From: Actinomycetota bacterium
GTDB taxonomy: Bacteria > Actinomycetota > Actinomycetes > S36-B12
Length of the DNA: 64,000 nt
Direction of reading: 5' to 3'
Assembly (NCBI GenBank): GCA_016717115.1
Contig: JADKGE010000001.1
Location: forward strand, 508,584 to 572,583
The notes under the pieces were generated by a model. That model searched no databases. It was not told the origin of the DNA and saw nothing but the letters and a program-made list of their open reading frames with translations. This document shows, one piece after another, positions 9,101 to 18,391 of the stretch. The translations under genes and the position numbers were made by a program. Every line of letters starts with the position of its first letter. Positions within the stretch are counted from its first letter, which is position 1.

Positions 9101-10672
9101 TTACGAGACGAAGTTGTGCACAGCGTCGTAGTTCTCCTTGTCGCGACGCACCGCACCGAGGACCAGTCCCACCACGAAGATGATGAACGGCAGGAGCACG
9201 AGGAACCACCCGAGCGAGGTCATCTCGAACGGCCCGCAGCCCGAGCCTGCCTCACCCGGGCACATCGCCGGGTCCTGGGCCACACCCGCGAGCAGGTTGA
9301 ACCGGCTCATCAGCATGAACTCGCCGAGGGCCAGTCCGATGATCGCCAACACGGGTGCGATCAGCGTGTTCCAGACCCGGGAATCCTCCTTGGTGCGGCG
9401 GAAGTACACGATGACCGAAATGCTCACCAGGATCTCGGTGAGCACGATCGCGATGACCGAGACAGACGAGAACCAGTAGAAGACGTTCAGGATCGGGTCC
9501 CACTTGAAGATGATCGCAACGATCACCATGAGCACGGCGGCAACGCTCACGACGGTGGTCGCGGTGAACGGCGCCTGCTGCTTGTTGGTGTGGTCGAGCC
9601 GCTTCGGCAGCACGCCCGCGCGTCCCATCGAGAACAGGTAGCGCGCCGCGCTGTTCTGGAACGCCAGAGTCGCCGCGAACAGCGACGTCAGGACGATCCA
9701 GCCGAACAGCTCAGTCAGCCACGAGCCCACGAAGTCCGTCGTCAGCCCGAAGAGCATGGCCGAGGGATCAGCCAGAGGGACTCCTTCGATGGCCGTGACC
9801 TCGAAGACCTTGTTCTGGATGTCAGTGGCGCCGAGGCCCGTGACCATGCCGAAGCCGACGAAGGCGAAGATCACGGTGATGAGGACGACCGAGATGTAGG
9901 TGGCGCGCGGGACCGTCTTCTTCGGGTCCCTCGACTCCTCGCCGTAGATCGCCGTGGCCTCGAACCCGATGAAGGACGCCAGCGCGAAGGCGAAGGCGAC
10001 GCCTGCACCCCCGGTCAGTCCACCGGCCAGGACGGCGCTCGGGCTGAAGGACGCAGCGAAGTCCGGACCCTCCGGGCCTCCGTCGACGATCGCCGCGAAG
10101 CCGACCACGACCAGGGAGATGAGCTCGATCGTGAGGAGGACACCGAGGAACTTCGCCCCGATATCGACGGAGAGCGCCGACAGGACGAACACGATGATGA
10201 TGATGACGATGGCGTAGATCCACCACTCGAGGACGATGCCGAACTTGGCGTCGAACTGGAGCTTCATCTGGAAGGCGATGAACCCGATGACGGCCCACTG
10301 GACCGCCAGGTAGGCGAGCACCGACACCGCGGCCGAGCCGACGCCGGGAACGATGCCGAGCCCGCGACCGACGTAGGCGAAGAAGGCGCCCGTGTTCGTG
10401 ACGTAGTGGCTCATCGTCGCGTAGCCGACGCTGAAAAGCAGCAGGACGATGCCGACGGCGACGTACATCCCTGCCGCACCCGCGCCGTTGCCGATGCCGA
10501 CGGCGACTGGGAAGGCTCCCGTCATACCCGCCAAGGGCGCCGACGCAGCGACGACGAAGAAGATGATGCCGAGAAGGCCGAGCGTGCCCCGCCTCAGCGT
10601 TGTGTCGGGGGTCTCCGGATCAGGAGCACCGAGGTGCTGATCGGATTCGGGAAGGTTCTCCCTCTGGGACAT
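9101..10672 (-). CDS. APC-superfamily amino acid/amine permease
   Basis: ORF 9101..11239 trimmed to the ATG at 10672, preceded by GGAGGC (MSQRENLPES...). The protein is polytopic and hydrophobic throughout (12-TM-like) with an APC-type N-terminus GLLGIIFFVVAASAPLAGMTG. The upstream part of the ORF is non-protein-like. Confidence 0.88.
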   Translation of the reverse strand: MSQRENLPESDQHLGAPDPETPDTTLRRGTLGLLGIIFFVVAASAPLAGMTGAFPVAVGIGNGAGAAGMYVAVGIVLLLFSVGYATMSHYVTNTGAFFAYVGRGLGIVPGVGSAAVSVLAYLAVQWAVIGFIAFQMKLQFDAKFGIVLEWWIYAIVIIIIVFVLSALSVDIGAKFLGVLLTIELISLVVVGFAAIVDGGPEGPDFAASFSPSAVLAGGLTGGAGVAFAFALASFIGFEATAIYGEESRDPKKTVPRATYISVVLITVIFAFVGFGMVTGLGATDIQNKVFEVTAIEGVPLADPSAMLFGLTTDFVGSWLTELFGWIVLTSLFAATLAFQNSAARYLFSMGRAGVLPKRLDHTNKQQAPFTATTVVSVAAVLMVIVAIIFKWDPILNVFYWFSSVSVIAIVLTEILVSISVIVYFRRTKEDSRVWNTLIAPVLAIIGLALGEFMLMSRFNLLAGVAQDPAMCPGEAGSGCGPFEMTSLGWFLVLLPFIIFVVGLVLGAVRRDKENYDAVHNFVS

Positions 10673-10699
10673 GCTGCCTCCACGGGCGTGCGAACAGGA

Positions 10700-10719
10700 A
10701 TCGTGCGGTACCGAACGAT
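10700..10719. promoter_or_regulatory. candidate operator ATCGTGCGGTACCGAACGAT (site D of a 4-member palindrome family)
   Basis: 20-nt imperfect palindrome located 28 nt upstream of the permease start, in the divergent permease/LLM-oxidoreductase intergenic region. It matches the sites at 15230, 16086 and 20715. Confidence 0.55.
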
Positions 10720-10822
10720 GGCAAACCATGACGTATGACACCCCTCCGGTCAAGCGCTTTCGAGAAGTGTCCGCAAACTGATGGCAAGGTGTGACCAGCC
10801 AGCGACTCGACGAGGAGGGACA

Positions 10823-11773
10823 ATGACTCGACCCCGATCCGGCGCGCCGCGCATGGTGAGCGTGCTGACGGAGAACTGGACGATGACCGACCCCCGCGAC
10901 ATCCGCGGCATCGTCCGCATGGCGCAGGAGGCCGAGGATGCCGGCTTCGACATGGTCATGGTGAGCGACCATGTTCTCCTGGGTCCCTCCGCCGGCAGCC
11001 AGGGTCGGATGGACAACCCTCGCGACTACGCGATGCCGGGCAACCAGGACCCCTTCACCGCGTGGCCGTCGAACATCGTCCTTCTCAGCGCCGTCGCCGC
11101 GGCCACCACGCGCGTCCGGATCGGGGCGATCGCCCTCATCGCCCCCCTGCGGCACCCGCTCGTGCTGGCGCACGATCTGGCCACCCTCGACCTGTTGAGC
11201 GAGGGACGACTCGTCATCCAGCCGACCGTCAGCTGGCACAAGGACGAGTACGACGCCATCGGCGTGCCGTGGGGCCGCCGGGGCCGCATCCTCGACGAGC
11301 AGCTGCGCATCTGGGAGCAGGTGTGGGCGCGCTCACCGGTGAGTTTCGAGGGAGAGTTCTTCTCCTTCGACGACGTCTACCTCGAGCCAAAGCCGACGCG
11401 CCCCGAAGGCCCCGCCATGTGGTTCGGCGGTGATCGGGTCCACGGGGCCATCGTCGACAGGTTGGTCCGCTACGGCAGCGGCTACCACCCCCTGGGGAAG
11501 GTCACCGACGAGGATGTCGCCACCCTGAGGATCGCCCTCGCCGAAGCAGGTCGGTCGATGGCGGATCTCGAGCTCGTTGGCGGCACCCGGGTGGACTTCC
11601 CGGGCAGTGACGTCGTGGCCCCCTTGCCGGAGGCGCTCGAGGAGATCCCCCGGCAGCAGGCGCTCGGCTTCACGACTTTCGTCGTCAAGCCATCGATCTT
11701 CATCGACCATCGGGAGGACCATCCAGCGTTCTGCCGCGAGGTCATCGATCGGGTGGCAGCCTTGACGTCGTGA
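10823..11773 (+). CDS. luciferase-like monooxygenase (LLM) class, probably F420-dependent oxidoreductase
   Basis: ORF 10781..11773 trimmed to the ATG at 10823 after GAGGAGGG. The sequence is LLM-like (AEDAGFDMVMVSDHVLLG, TIM-barrel pattern). There is a GTGA overlap with the following P450 frame. Confidence 0.8.
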   Translation: MTRPRSGAPRMVSVLTENWTMTDPRDIRGIVRMAQEAEDAGFDMVMVSDHVLLGPSAGSQGRMDNPRDYAMPGNQDPFTAWPSNIVLLSAVAAATTRVRIGAIALIAPLRHPLVLAHDLATLDLLSEGRLVIQPTVSWHKDEYDAIGVPWGRRGRILDEQLRIWEQVWARSPVSFEGEFFSFDDVYLEPKPTRPEGPAMWFGGDRVHGAIVDRLVRYGSGYHPLGKVTDEDVATLRIALAEAGRSMADLELVGGTRVDFPGSDVVAPLPEALEEIPRQQALGFTTFVVKPSIFIDHREDHPAFCREVIDRVAALTS

Positions 11774-12941
11774 GTGCCTACGCCGAGTCGATCACCGTCG
11801 AGGATCTCGAGGACGACCCCTACCCGGTCTACGCCAGGCTGCGCGCCGAGGCGCCGGTCGCATGGGTGCCGGCCGTCGGCCTGTGGCTGGTCACGCGGGC
11901 CCCCGACGTCGAGTTCGTGACGACACACCCGAACTGTTCTCCGCTCACGTCGACAGCTCGCCGCTGGACCGATCCTTCGGCGGGCCGACGATCCTGACGG
12001 TCGACGGCGCGGTACATCTCGACCTCCGGCGCAGCCTGGATGCGAAGTACAAGCCGCGGGTCGTCGCGTCGTACATCGACGACCTCGTCACTCCGATCGC
12101 CCAGGCCGCACTCGACGCCGTGCTCGCCCGATCCGACCGGCGGGCCGAGCTGATGTCGTGCTACTTCGAGCCCATCTCTGTGCTGAGCCTCGGCGCCGTG
12201 CTGGGCCTGGGCCACCTTTCGGCGGAGACGCTGCAGGACTGGTTCCACGGGCTCGCCATGGGGGCCATCAACTTCGAGAACGACCCGGCGAAGCAGCGGG
12301 TCAACGACGAGACGGCCGCGCGTATCGATGCCGAGCTCCGGCCGCTCATGGAGCACCTGCAGCGACAGCCCGACGGCTCAACCATCGCCTCGATGCTGAC
12401 GGTCGAGCGAATGCGGACCATCGAGGAGGTGCTCCCGTCGCTCAAACTGATCATCCTCGGCGGCATGCAGGAGCCCGGCCACGGCGCCGGATCCTGTCTC
12501 TACGGTCTCCTCTCGGATCCCGACCAACTCGAGCTCGTCCGCGCCGAGCCCGAGAGGTGGGACGAAGCCGTGCATGAGGGGCTGCGCTGGGTTGCTCCCA
12601 TCGGCACGCAGACCCGCCAGGCCCGCGAGGACGTCGCGATGGCGGGGACGGTCATACCGGCCGGCGCACCTGTGGGTGCCGTGGTCGCCAGCGCCTGCCG
12701 GGACGATTCGGAGTTCGACGACCCGGATCGGTTCGACATCCGACGCGAACGGCGACCCAACGCGGCCTTTGGATTCGGCCCGCACTTCTGCGCCGGCCAC
12801 GCCTTCGCCCGTGGCCAGGAGCGCATCGCACTGCGCACGCTCGTCGACGCCGTGCCCGACCTCGCTCTCGACACCCGCCATGAGGTTGCCTTCCGAGGCT
12901 GGGAGTTCCGCGCGCCGACTGAGCTCAACGTCGCTTGGTGA
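11770..12941 (+). pseudogene. cytochrome P450, frameshifted near the 5' end
   Basis: The N-terminus lies in ORF 11770..11997 (DPYPVYARLRAEAPVAWVPAVGLWLVTRAPDVEFVTTHP). The remainder lies in ORF 11862..12941 (ELFSAHVDSS...FGFGPHFCAGHAFARG). The frames join only if one base is restored around 11928..11933 (cacccgaactg). Confidence 0.8.
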
Positions 12942-12953
12942 AGCCGCATCCGC

Positions 12954-13799
12954 TCAGCCGAAGACGATGGTGCGCTTTCCGTCGAGCACGATCCGGTCCT
13001 CGGCGAACAGCCTGACCGCACGTGCCAGCACCAGGCGCTCAACGTCACGACCGATCTCAGCCAGGTCGTCGGGCGTCGCCGCGTGGTCAACGCGCTGCAC
13101 GCCCTGCTCGATGATCGGCCCCTCGTCGAGGGCCGCGGTCACGAAGTGCGCCGTCGCACCGATGAGCTTGACGCCGCGGGCGTGGGCCTGGTGGTACGGC
13201 CGTGCCCCCTTGAACCCCGGCAGGAAGGAGTGATGGATGTTGATGATGCGTCCCGGCAACCGCGAGCAGATCTCGTCGGACAGCACCTGCATGTACCGGG
13301 CCAGGACGATGACATCGATGGCGTGCTCCTCGACGAGCGCCAGCAGCTCGAGCTCCTGCGCGGACCTGGTCTCCGGCGTGACCGGCAGGACGACGAAGGG
13401 GATGCCGTGACGCTCCGCGACCCCTCGGCAGTCCTCGTGGTTCGACACCACCAGGGGGATCTCCACGGGAAGCTCCCCGTTGCCGTAGCGGTAGAGCAGG
13501 TCGACGAGGCAGTGGTCGTACTTCGAGACCATTACCAGCACCCGTCGACGCGACTGCTCGAGGCGCACGTCCACCGTCGGCACGAAGCGCGCGGTCCTCT
13601 CGGCGATCACCGTGCGCACCGAGGCGGCGTCCTCGCCCGGCGCCTCGAAGCGGGTCCGCATGGCGAACAGGCCCGAGTCCTGATCCGTGAACTGCGCCTG
13701 CTCGAGCACGTTCGCCGACACGTCGAGCAGCGCTCCCGCCACGGCGTGGATGATGCCGGGACGGTCCTGGCAGGTGAGCGTGAGGATGAAGTGGGGCAC
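12954..13799 (-). CDS. purU: formyltetrahydrofolate deformylase
   Basis: ORF 12954..13799. An N-terminal ACT domain (MPHFILTLTCQDRPGIIHAVAG) is followed by a formyltransferase domain (IINIHHSFLPGFKGARPYHQA). Confidence 0.92.
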   Translation of the reverse strand: MPHFILTLTCQDRPGIIHAVAGALLDVSANVLEQAQFTDQDSGLFAMRTRFEAPGEDAASVRTVIAERTARFVPTVDVRLEQSRRRVLVMVSKYDHCLVDLLYRYGNGELPVEIPLVVSNHEDCRGVAERHGIPFVVLPVTPETRSAQELELLALVEEHAIDVIVLARYMQVLSDEICSRLPGRIINIHHSFLPGFKGARPYHQAHARGVKLIGATAHFVTAALDEGPIIEQGVQRVDHAATPDDLAEIGRDVERLVLARAVRLFAEDRIVLDGKRTIVFG

Positions 13800-13841
13800 G
13801 CGCCTATCGTGGACTAGCGCTCGCGTGACTCGTCAGGCGGT

Positions 13842-15194
13842 CTAGTAGTCCTCGAGGTACTCGTCGAGCTCCCACTGCGTCACGTCCCGGGTGGTCGGGT
13901 CCTCGACCTCGGCCTCGTACCGCGCCACCTCGTCACGCTTCAACGTGGTGAACACGTCGATGAAGTCGCCAGTGAGCAGGTGTCGAAGCGCCGGATTCGC
14001 CTGAAGCGCGTCGAGGGCCTCCTTGAGCGACATCGGCAGCACGGGGCGGGCCTCGTCCTCGTACGCCCAGCCCTCGGCCGCCGGCGGCGGCGTCAGCTCC
14101 CGCCGGATGCCGTCGAGGGCGGCCGCCAGAACCACGGCGATCACCACGTACGGGTTGGCCGAGCCGTCACCGATGCGCAGCTCCAGGCGCGTGCCCTGTC
14201 CGCGCTCCGGTGGGATGCGGATCATCGTGGAGCGGTTGTCGTATCCCCAGTTGGACCGGTAGGGCGCGAGAGTGTCGGGTCCGAGTCGCTTGTAGGCGTT
14301 GACGGTCGGGTTGGTGAATGCGGCGATGGCGTCGGCGTGCTCGATGACCCCGGCGATCATCTGGCGGGCCATTCCCGACAGGGCGCCGTCGCCGTCGTGC
14401 ATCAGATTGACGCCCTCCGCGTCCGTGACGGAGAAGTGCAGGTGGAAGCCGCTGCCGCCCTCGTCGCTCCACGGCTTGCCGAGGAACGTGCCGAGGATCC
14501 CACGCATCGCGGTGACGTCCTTGATGGCCGTCTTGAACAGGAACGTCCGGTCGGCGGCATCCATCGCCTCGCTGTGCCACAGGTTGATCTCGTACTGCGA
14601 CGGGCAGAACTCGTGGTTGCCCGCGAAGGCGCCGATGTTGAGCTGGTCAAGCATGCGCAGCAGGTGGAGGTAGTGGCCGTCGGGGTCGACATGCGCCCCC
14701 GTCGTGTAGACGCGACCGGTCTTGTTGAGGATGCGCTCCCAGCCGTCCTTCCCCCGTTGGGCGAAGTAGAACTCCAGCTCGGGGCCGCAGACCGGGACGA
14801 GGCCCAGCTTGTCGTACTCGTCGAGCACGCTGCGCAGGACGGCGCGGGGCGCGACGTCGCTGCGGGATCCGTCCGGGTTGTCGATGTCGGCGATGGCGTA
14901 GGCGACGCCCGGCAGCCACGGGATGGGCCGGATGGTGTCGGTGTCCAGGCTCGCCACCATGTCGGGCAGGCCGTCGCCGAAGCTGCCCGTTCCGGCGTCG
15001 AGCACGCCCCCGCGCGTGGTGGTGACCCAGGTGCCCTGGCAGAAGGCGGGTCCGTGGGCGGCGGAGCGCTCCAACTGCGAGACCAGCAGGTCCTTCGAGC
15101 GGGTGATGCCCAGGAGGTCCGTGAAGATCAGTCGGACGACATCGATGCCCTGGGTCTCCAGGACTCGGCGGGTCTCGGCCAGGTCGTGCAGCAT
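13842..15194 (-). CDS. glutamine synthetase-fold ligase (second candidate gamma-glutamyl-amine synthetase)
   Basis: ORF 13842..15278 trimmed to the ATG at 15194 (MLHDLAETRRVL...). GS catalytic motifs are present (PELEFYF, HEFCPSQYEIN, GSGFHLHFS, NAYKRL, NPY). Confidence 0.88.
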   Translation of the reverse strand: MLHDLAETRRVLETQGIDVVRLIFTDLLGITRSKDLLVSQLERSAAHGPAFCQGTWVTTTRGGVLDAGTGSFGDGLPDMVASLDTDTIRPIPWLPGVAYAIADIDNPDGSRSDVAPRAVLRSVLDEYDKLGLVPVCGPELEFYFAQRGKDGWERILNKTGRVYTTGAHVDPDGHYLHLLRMLDQLNIGAFAGNHEFCPSQYEINLWHSEAMDAADRTFLFKTAIKDVTAMRGILGTFLGKPWSDEGGSGFHLHFSVTDAEGVNLMHDGDGALSGMARQMIAGVIEHADAIAAFTNPTVNAYKRLGPDTLAPYRSNWGYDNRSTMIRIPPERGQGTRLELRIGDGSANPYVVIAVVLAAALDGIRRELTPPPAAEGWAYEDEARPVLPMSLKEALDALQANPALRHLLTGDFIDVFTTLKRDEVARYEAEVEDPTTRDVTQWELDEYLEDY

Positions 15195-15229
15195 GGGTCT
15201 CCCTCGCAAGGCGGACGGGATCCAGCGAA

Positions 15230-15249
15230 ATCGTTCGGACCCCAACGAT
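15230..15249. promoter_or_regulatory. candidate operator ATCGTTCGGACCCCAACGAT (site A)
   Basis: 20-nt imperfect palindrome in the 125-nt divergent region between the GS-like gene (start 15194) and the GATase gene (start 15320). Confidence 0.55.
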
Positions 15250-15319
15250 CTGGTGGATACTAGGCGCTCCCCGGCCATCGGGGAAGCACTTTGGACATTA
15301 GACCCCGATGAGGTGGCTC

Positions 15320-16027
15320 ATGCGCGCGTTGTTCCTCCAGCACGATCACCTCAGTCCCCCGGGGCCTGTGGCCGAGCGCTTCGCGCATCGCGGATACGCG
15401 ATCGCCGAGGCGAGCGTCGTGCCGCCGGAGGACTTCCACGCACCCAACAAGCCGTTCGACTTCCCCGATCCCCGCGAGTTCGATGCCCTCGTCGTCATGG
15501 GTGCCCCCTGGGGTGCCTGGGATGACGAAACGATCGGCAACTGGCTGCTGCCGGAGATCGAGTGGCTCCGCGAGGCCGACGACCTCGGTGTCCCCGTCTT
15601 CGGCATCTGCTTCGGCGGCCAGCTGCTGGCGCGAGCGCACGGCGGCTCCGTGGCACGGGCGCCCCGGCCGGAGATCGGCTGGACCTCGATCTGGACCCAG
15701 GAACCCGGCCTGGTCGGCTCCGGCCCGTGGTTCCAGTGGCACTACGACCGCTGGCAGGTCCCCCCGGGCGCCCGCGAGATCGCCCGCAACTCGATGGCCT
15801 CCCAGGCCTTCGTGCTGCGCCGCAACCTCGCCGTGCAGTTCCATCCCGAGCTGACGGCTGCCGGGCTGCAGGGCTGGCTGGAGAACGGCGGCCGCGCCGG
15901 CGTCGTCGCCGACGGCCAGGATCCCGCCATCCTCTACCAGCACACGCTGGCCGAGGGCGAGGAAGCGGCTCGCCGGGCGCACGACCTGGTGGACGCGTTC
16001 CTCGACCGAGTGGCCCATGCGCCCTAG
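15320..16027 (+). CDS. class-I glutamine amidotransferase-fold protein (second copy)
   Basis: ORF 15308..16027 trimmed to the ATG at 15320 after GAGGTGG. The nucleophile motif GICFGGQLLARAHGG is present. It is a paralog of 4643..5341. Confidence 0.85.
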   Translation: MRALFLQHDHLSPPGPVAERFAHRGYAIAEASVVPPEDFHAPNKPFDFPDPREFDALVVMGAPWGAWDDETIGNWLLPEIEWLREADDLGVPVFGICFGGQLLARAHGGSVARAPRPEIGWTSIWTQEPGLVGSGPWFQWHYDRWQVPPGAREIARNSMASQAFVLRRNLAVQFHPELTAAGLQGWLENGGRAGVVADGQDPAILYQHTLAEGEEAARRAHDLVDAFLDRVAHAP

Positions 16028-16085
16028 CCGCGGCGCGCCGAGGTCGCCGTTCCCCTTGACCGCACGCGCACTGGCTCCCTAGCCT

Positions 16086-16105
16086 TCCGTTCGGACCCGA
16101 ACGAT
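16086..16105. promoter_or_regulatory. candidate operator TCCGTTCGGACCCGAACGAT (site B)
   Basis: Best palindrome of the family (CGTTCGG-AC-CCGAACG). It ends 30 nt upstream of the P450 ATG at 16135. Confidence 0.55.
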
Positions 16106-16134
16106 CCACCAGCCCCTACCTGTCAGGAGGCTCG

Positions 16135-17394
16135 ATGAAGCCCACCCCCGTACCCCTGTCGGACGTGAACCTTGCCAACCTCGACTACTTCGTCGCTGAC
16201 GAGGCTTGGGGGATGTTCGACACGCTGCGGGCCGAGGACCCCCTGCACTGGCAGGACGAGCCGGACAGCGATGGCCACGGTTTCTGGTCCGTGACCCGCT
16301 ACGACGACATCGAGATGGTCAACAAGGACGGCGAGACGTTCACCTCGACCAAGTTCGTCAACCTCGAGGAGCCCCCCGCCGAGTTCCAGGACCTCCGCCG
16401 CTCGATCCTCGAGAGCGACGGCTCCCGGCATCAGGCACTGCGCAAGCTGCTCGCCCGCGACTTCAGCGTTGCCCAGCTGCGCCGCTACGAGGACTTCCTC
16501 CGCGGCCTGGCCCGCATGTCCATCGAGTCCGCCCTCGAGCAGGAGGACATCGACTTCGTCGACGCGATCGCCGCGGACTTCCCGATCAATGTTCTGGCTC
16601 GGCTGCTCGACGTGCCCGACGACATGATCCCTCAGCTCATCACCTGGGGTAACACAATCGTCGGCTTCTCGGACCCCGAGCTGTCGGATGTGCTCGTCGA
16701 CAGCGACGAGGCCCAGCAGTACAAGCACCTGCCCTTCCGGTCACCCGTCTCCCTCGAGATCTTCGAGTACGGCCGGCAGCTGGCGAAGGAGCGCCGGGGC
16801 GGCGACGGCGAGGATCTGGTCAGCAAGCTGGTCAACCGCATCCCGGAGGACGGCGTCCCGCTCACGGACACGGACTTCGACAACTACTTCCTGCTCCTCG
16901 TCGTGGCCGGCAACGAGACGACCCGGCAGGCCATGACGCTGTCCATGAAGGGGCTCATGGACCACCCTGACCAGATGCAGTACTTCCTCGACAACATGGA
17001 CAAGTCGCAGATCATGGTCGAGGAACTCATCCGCTACGCCTCGCCGGTGTACCACTTCCGCCGCACCGCGACCAAGGACATCGAGCTGCACGGCAAGACC
17101 ATCAAGGAGGGCGACAAGGTCGTCATGTGGTTCGCCTCGGGCAACCGCGACGACGCCAAGTTCACCGACCCGTACGGCCTCGACCTCACGCGGTTCCCGA
17201 ACGACCACATGACCTTCGGCAAGGGCCCCCACAGTTGCCTCGGCGCGAACCTCGCGCGGATGGAGATCCGAATCCTCTTCGAGGAGTTGCTTCCCCGCCT
17301 GGCCTCGATCGAGCAGACGGGCGAGATCGAGCGGGTGCGCAGCAACTTCGTCAACGGAGTGAAGCGCTTCCCGGTCCGGGTCAAGGCGAAGTAG
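16135..17394 (+). CDS. cytochrome P450
   Basis: ORF 16135..17394 with RBS AGGAGG. Motifs present: I-helix VVAGNETTRQA and heme loop FGKGPHSCLGANLA. Confidence 0.93.
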   Translation: MKPTPVPLSDVNLANLDYFVADEAWGMFDTLRAEDPLHWQDEPDSDGHGFWSVTRYDDIEMVNKDGETFTSTKFVNLEEPPAEFQDLRRSILESDGSRHQALRKLLARDFSVAQLRRYEDFLRGLARMSIESALEQEDIDFVDAIAADFPINVLARLLDVPDDMIPQLITWGNTIVGFSDPELSDVLVDSDEAQQYKHLPFRSPVSLEIFEYGRQLAKERRGGDGEDLVSKLVNRIPEDGVPLTDTDFDNYFLLLVVAGNETTRQAMTLSMKGLMDHPDQMQYFLDNMDKSQIMVEELIRYASPVYHFRRTATKDIELHGKTIKEGDKVVMWFASGNRDDAKFTDPYGLDLTRFPNDHMTFGKGPHSCLGANLARMEIRILFEELLPRLASIEQTGEIERVRSNFVNGVKRFPVRVKAK

Positions 17395-17397
17395 TCG

Positions 17398-18375
17398 ATG
17401 ACGGAGACCGAGACCCGGCTCAGGGAGTTCGAGAGCGACCTCGTTGTCGAGTCGTACGAGGTCGTCGCGGAGGACGTGGTCGCCGTTACGCTCGTCCACC
17501 CGCAGGGCGAGGCGCTGCCCGCGTGGACGCCGGGCGCGCACATCGACCTGATCCTCACTCCTGAGATCACCCGTCAATACTCGCTGTGCGGCTCGCCGGC
17601 CGATGCCCACCGGTTCACGGTCGGCATCCTGAACGCACCGAACAGCCGGGGCGGCTCACGGCATGTCCACGAGGCCGTCAGCACGGGCAGCGTGATCAGG
17701 ATCCGAGGGCCGCGGAACCACTTCCCCCTGGTGGCGTCACCTCGGTACGTGTTCATCGCCGGCGGCATAGGCGTCACGCCCATGCTGCCGATGATCGCGG
17801 AGGCCGAGGCGGCACGTGCCGAATGGACGCTCCTGTACGGCGGACGCAGCGAGGCGTCGATGGCGTTCATCGACCAGTTGCGCGCCTACGGCGACCGCGT
17901 GACCCTCCTGCCCGGCAACGACGTGGCCCTCATGTCCGCCGCGCTGGACGACCGGATCGGCACCCCCCGGCCGGACACCCTCGTCTACACCTGCGGGCCG
18001 GAGGGACTCCTCGGTGCCGTGGAGGCACGGTGCGCCAGCTGGCCGACCGGCTCGCTGCACCTCGAGCGCTTCGCGGCCAAGGCCACCGAAGGCGCGGTGG
18101 ACACCGAGTTCGAGGTCGAGCTGGCCCGCACGGGGATCACCATCACCGTCCCTGCCGATAGGTCCATCTTCGACGCGGTCCAGGACCACGGCATCAGCGT
18201 GCTCGGCTCCTGTCACGAGGGAGTCTGCGGGACGTGCGAGACCGTGATCCTCGGCGTTGACGGCGAGGTCGACCATCGCGACTCCGTCCTGAACGACGAG
18301 GAGAAGGCAAGTAACGAGTCCATGATGATCTGCGTGTCGCGATGCAGGTCGGGCCGACTCACCCTCGACCTTTGA
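17398..18375 (+). CDS. PDR/VanB-type oxidoreductase (flavin reductase domain + C-terminal plant-type 2Fe-2S ferredoxin)
   Basis: ORF 17398..18375. Motifs present: flavin motif RQYSL, NAD domain GGIGVTPM, and C-terminal CHEGVCGTCET...C cluster motif. Confidence 0.9.
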   Translation: MTETETRLREFESDLVVESYEVVAEDVVAVTLVHPQGEALPAWTPGAHIDLILTPEITRQYSLCGSPADAHRFTVGILNAPNSRGGSRHVHEAVSTGSVIRIRGPRNHFPLVASPRYVFIAGGIGVTPMLPMIAEAEAARAEWTLLYGGRSEASMAFIDQLRAYGDRVTLLPGNDVALMSAALDDRIGTPRPDTLVYTCGPEGLLGAVEARCASWPTGSLHLERFAAKATEGAVDTEFEVELARTGITITVPADRSIFDAVQDHGISVLGSCHEGVCGTCETVILGVDGEVDHRDSVLNDEEKASNESMMICVSRCRSGRLTLDL

Positions 18376-18391
18376 GCCAGGAGAGCTGACG

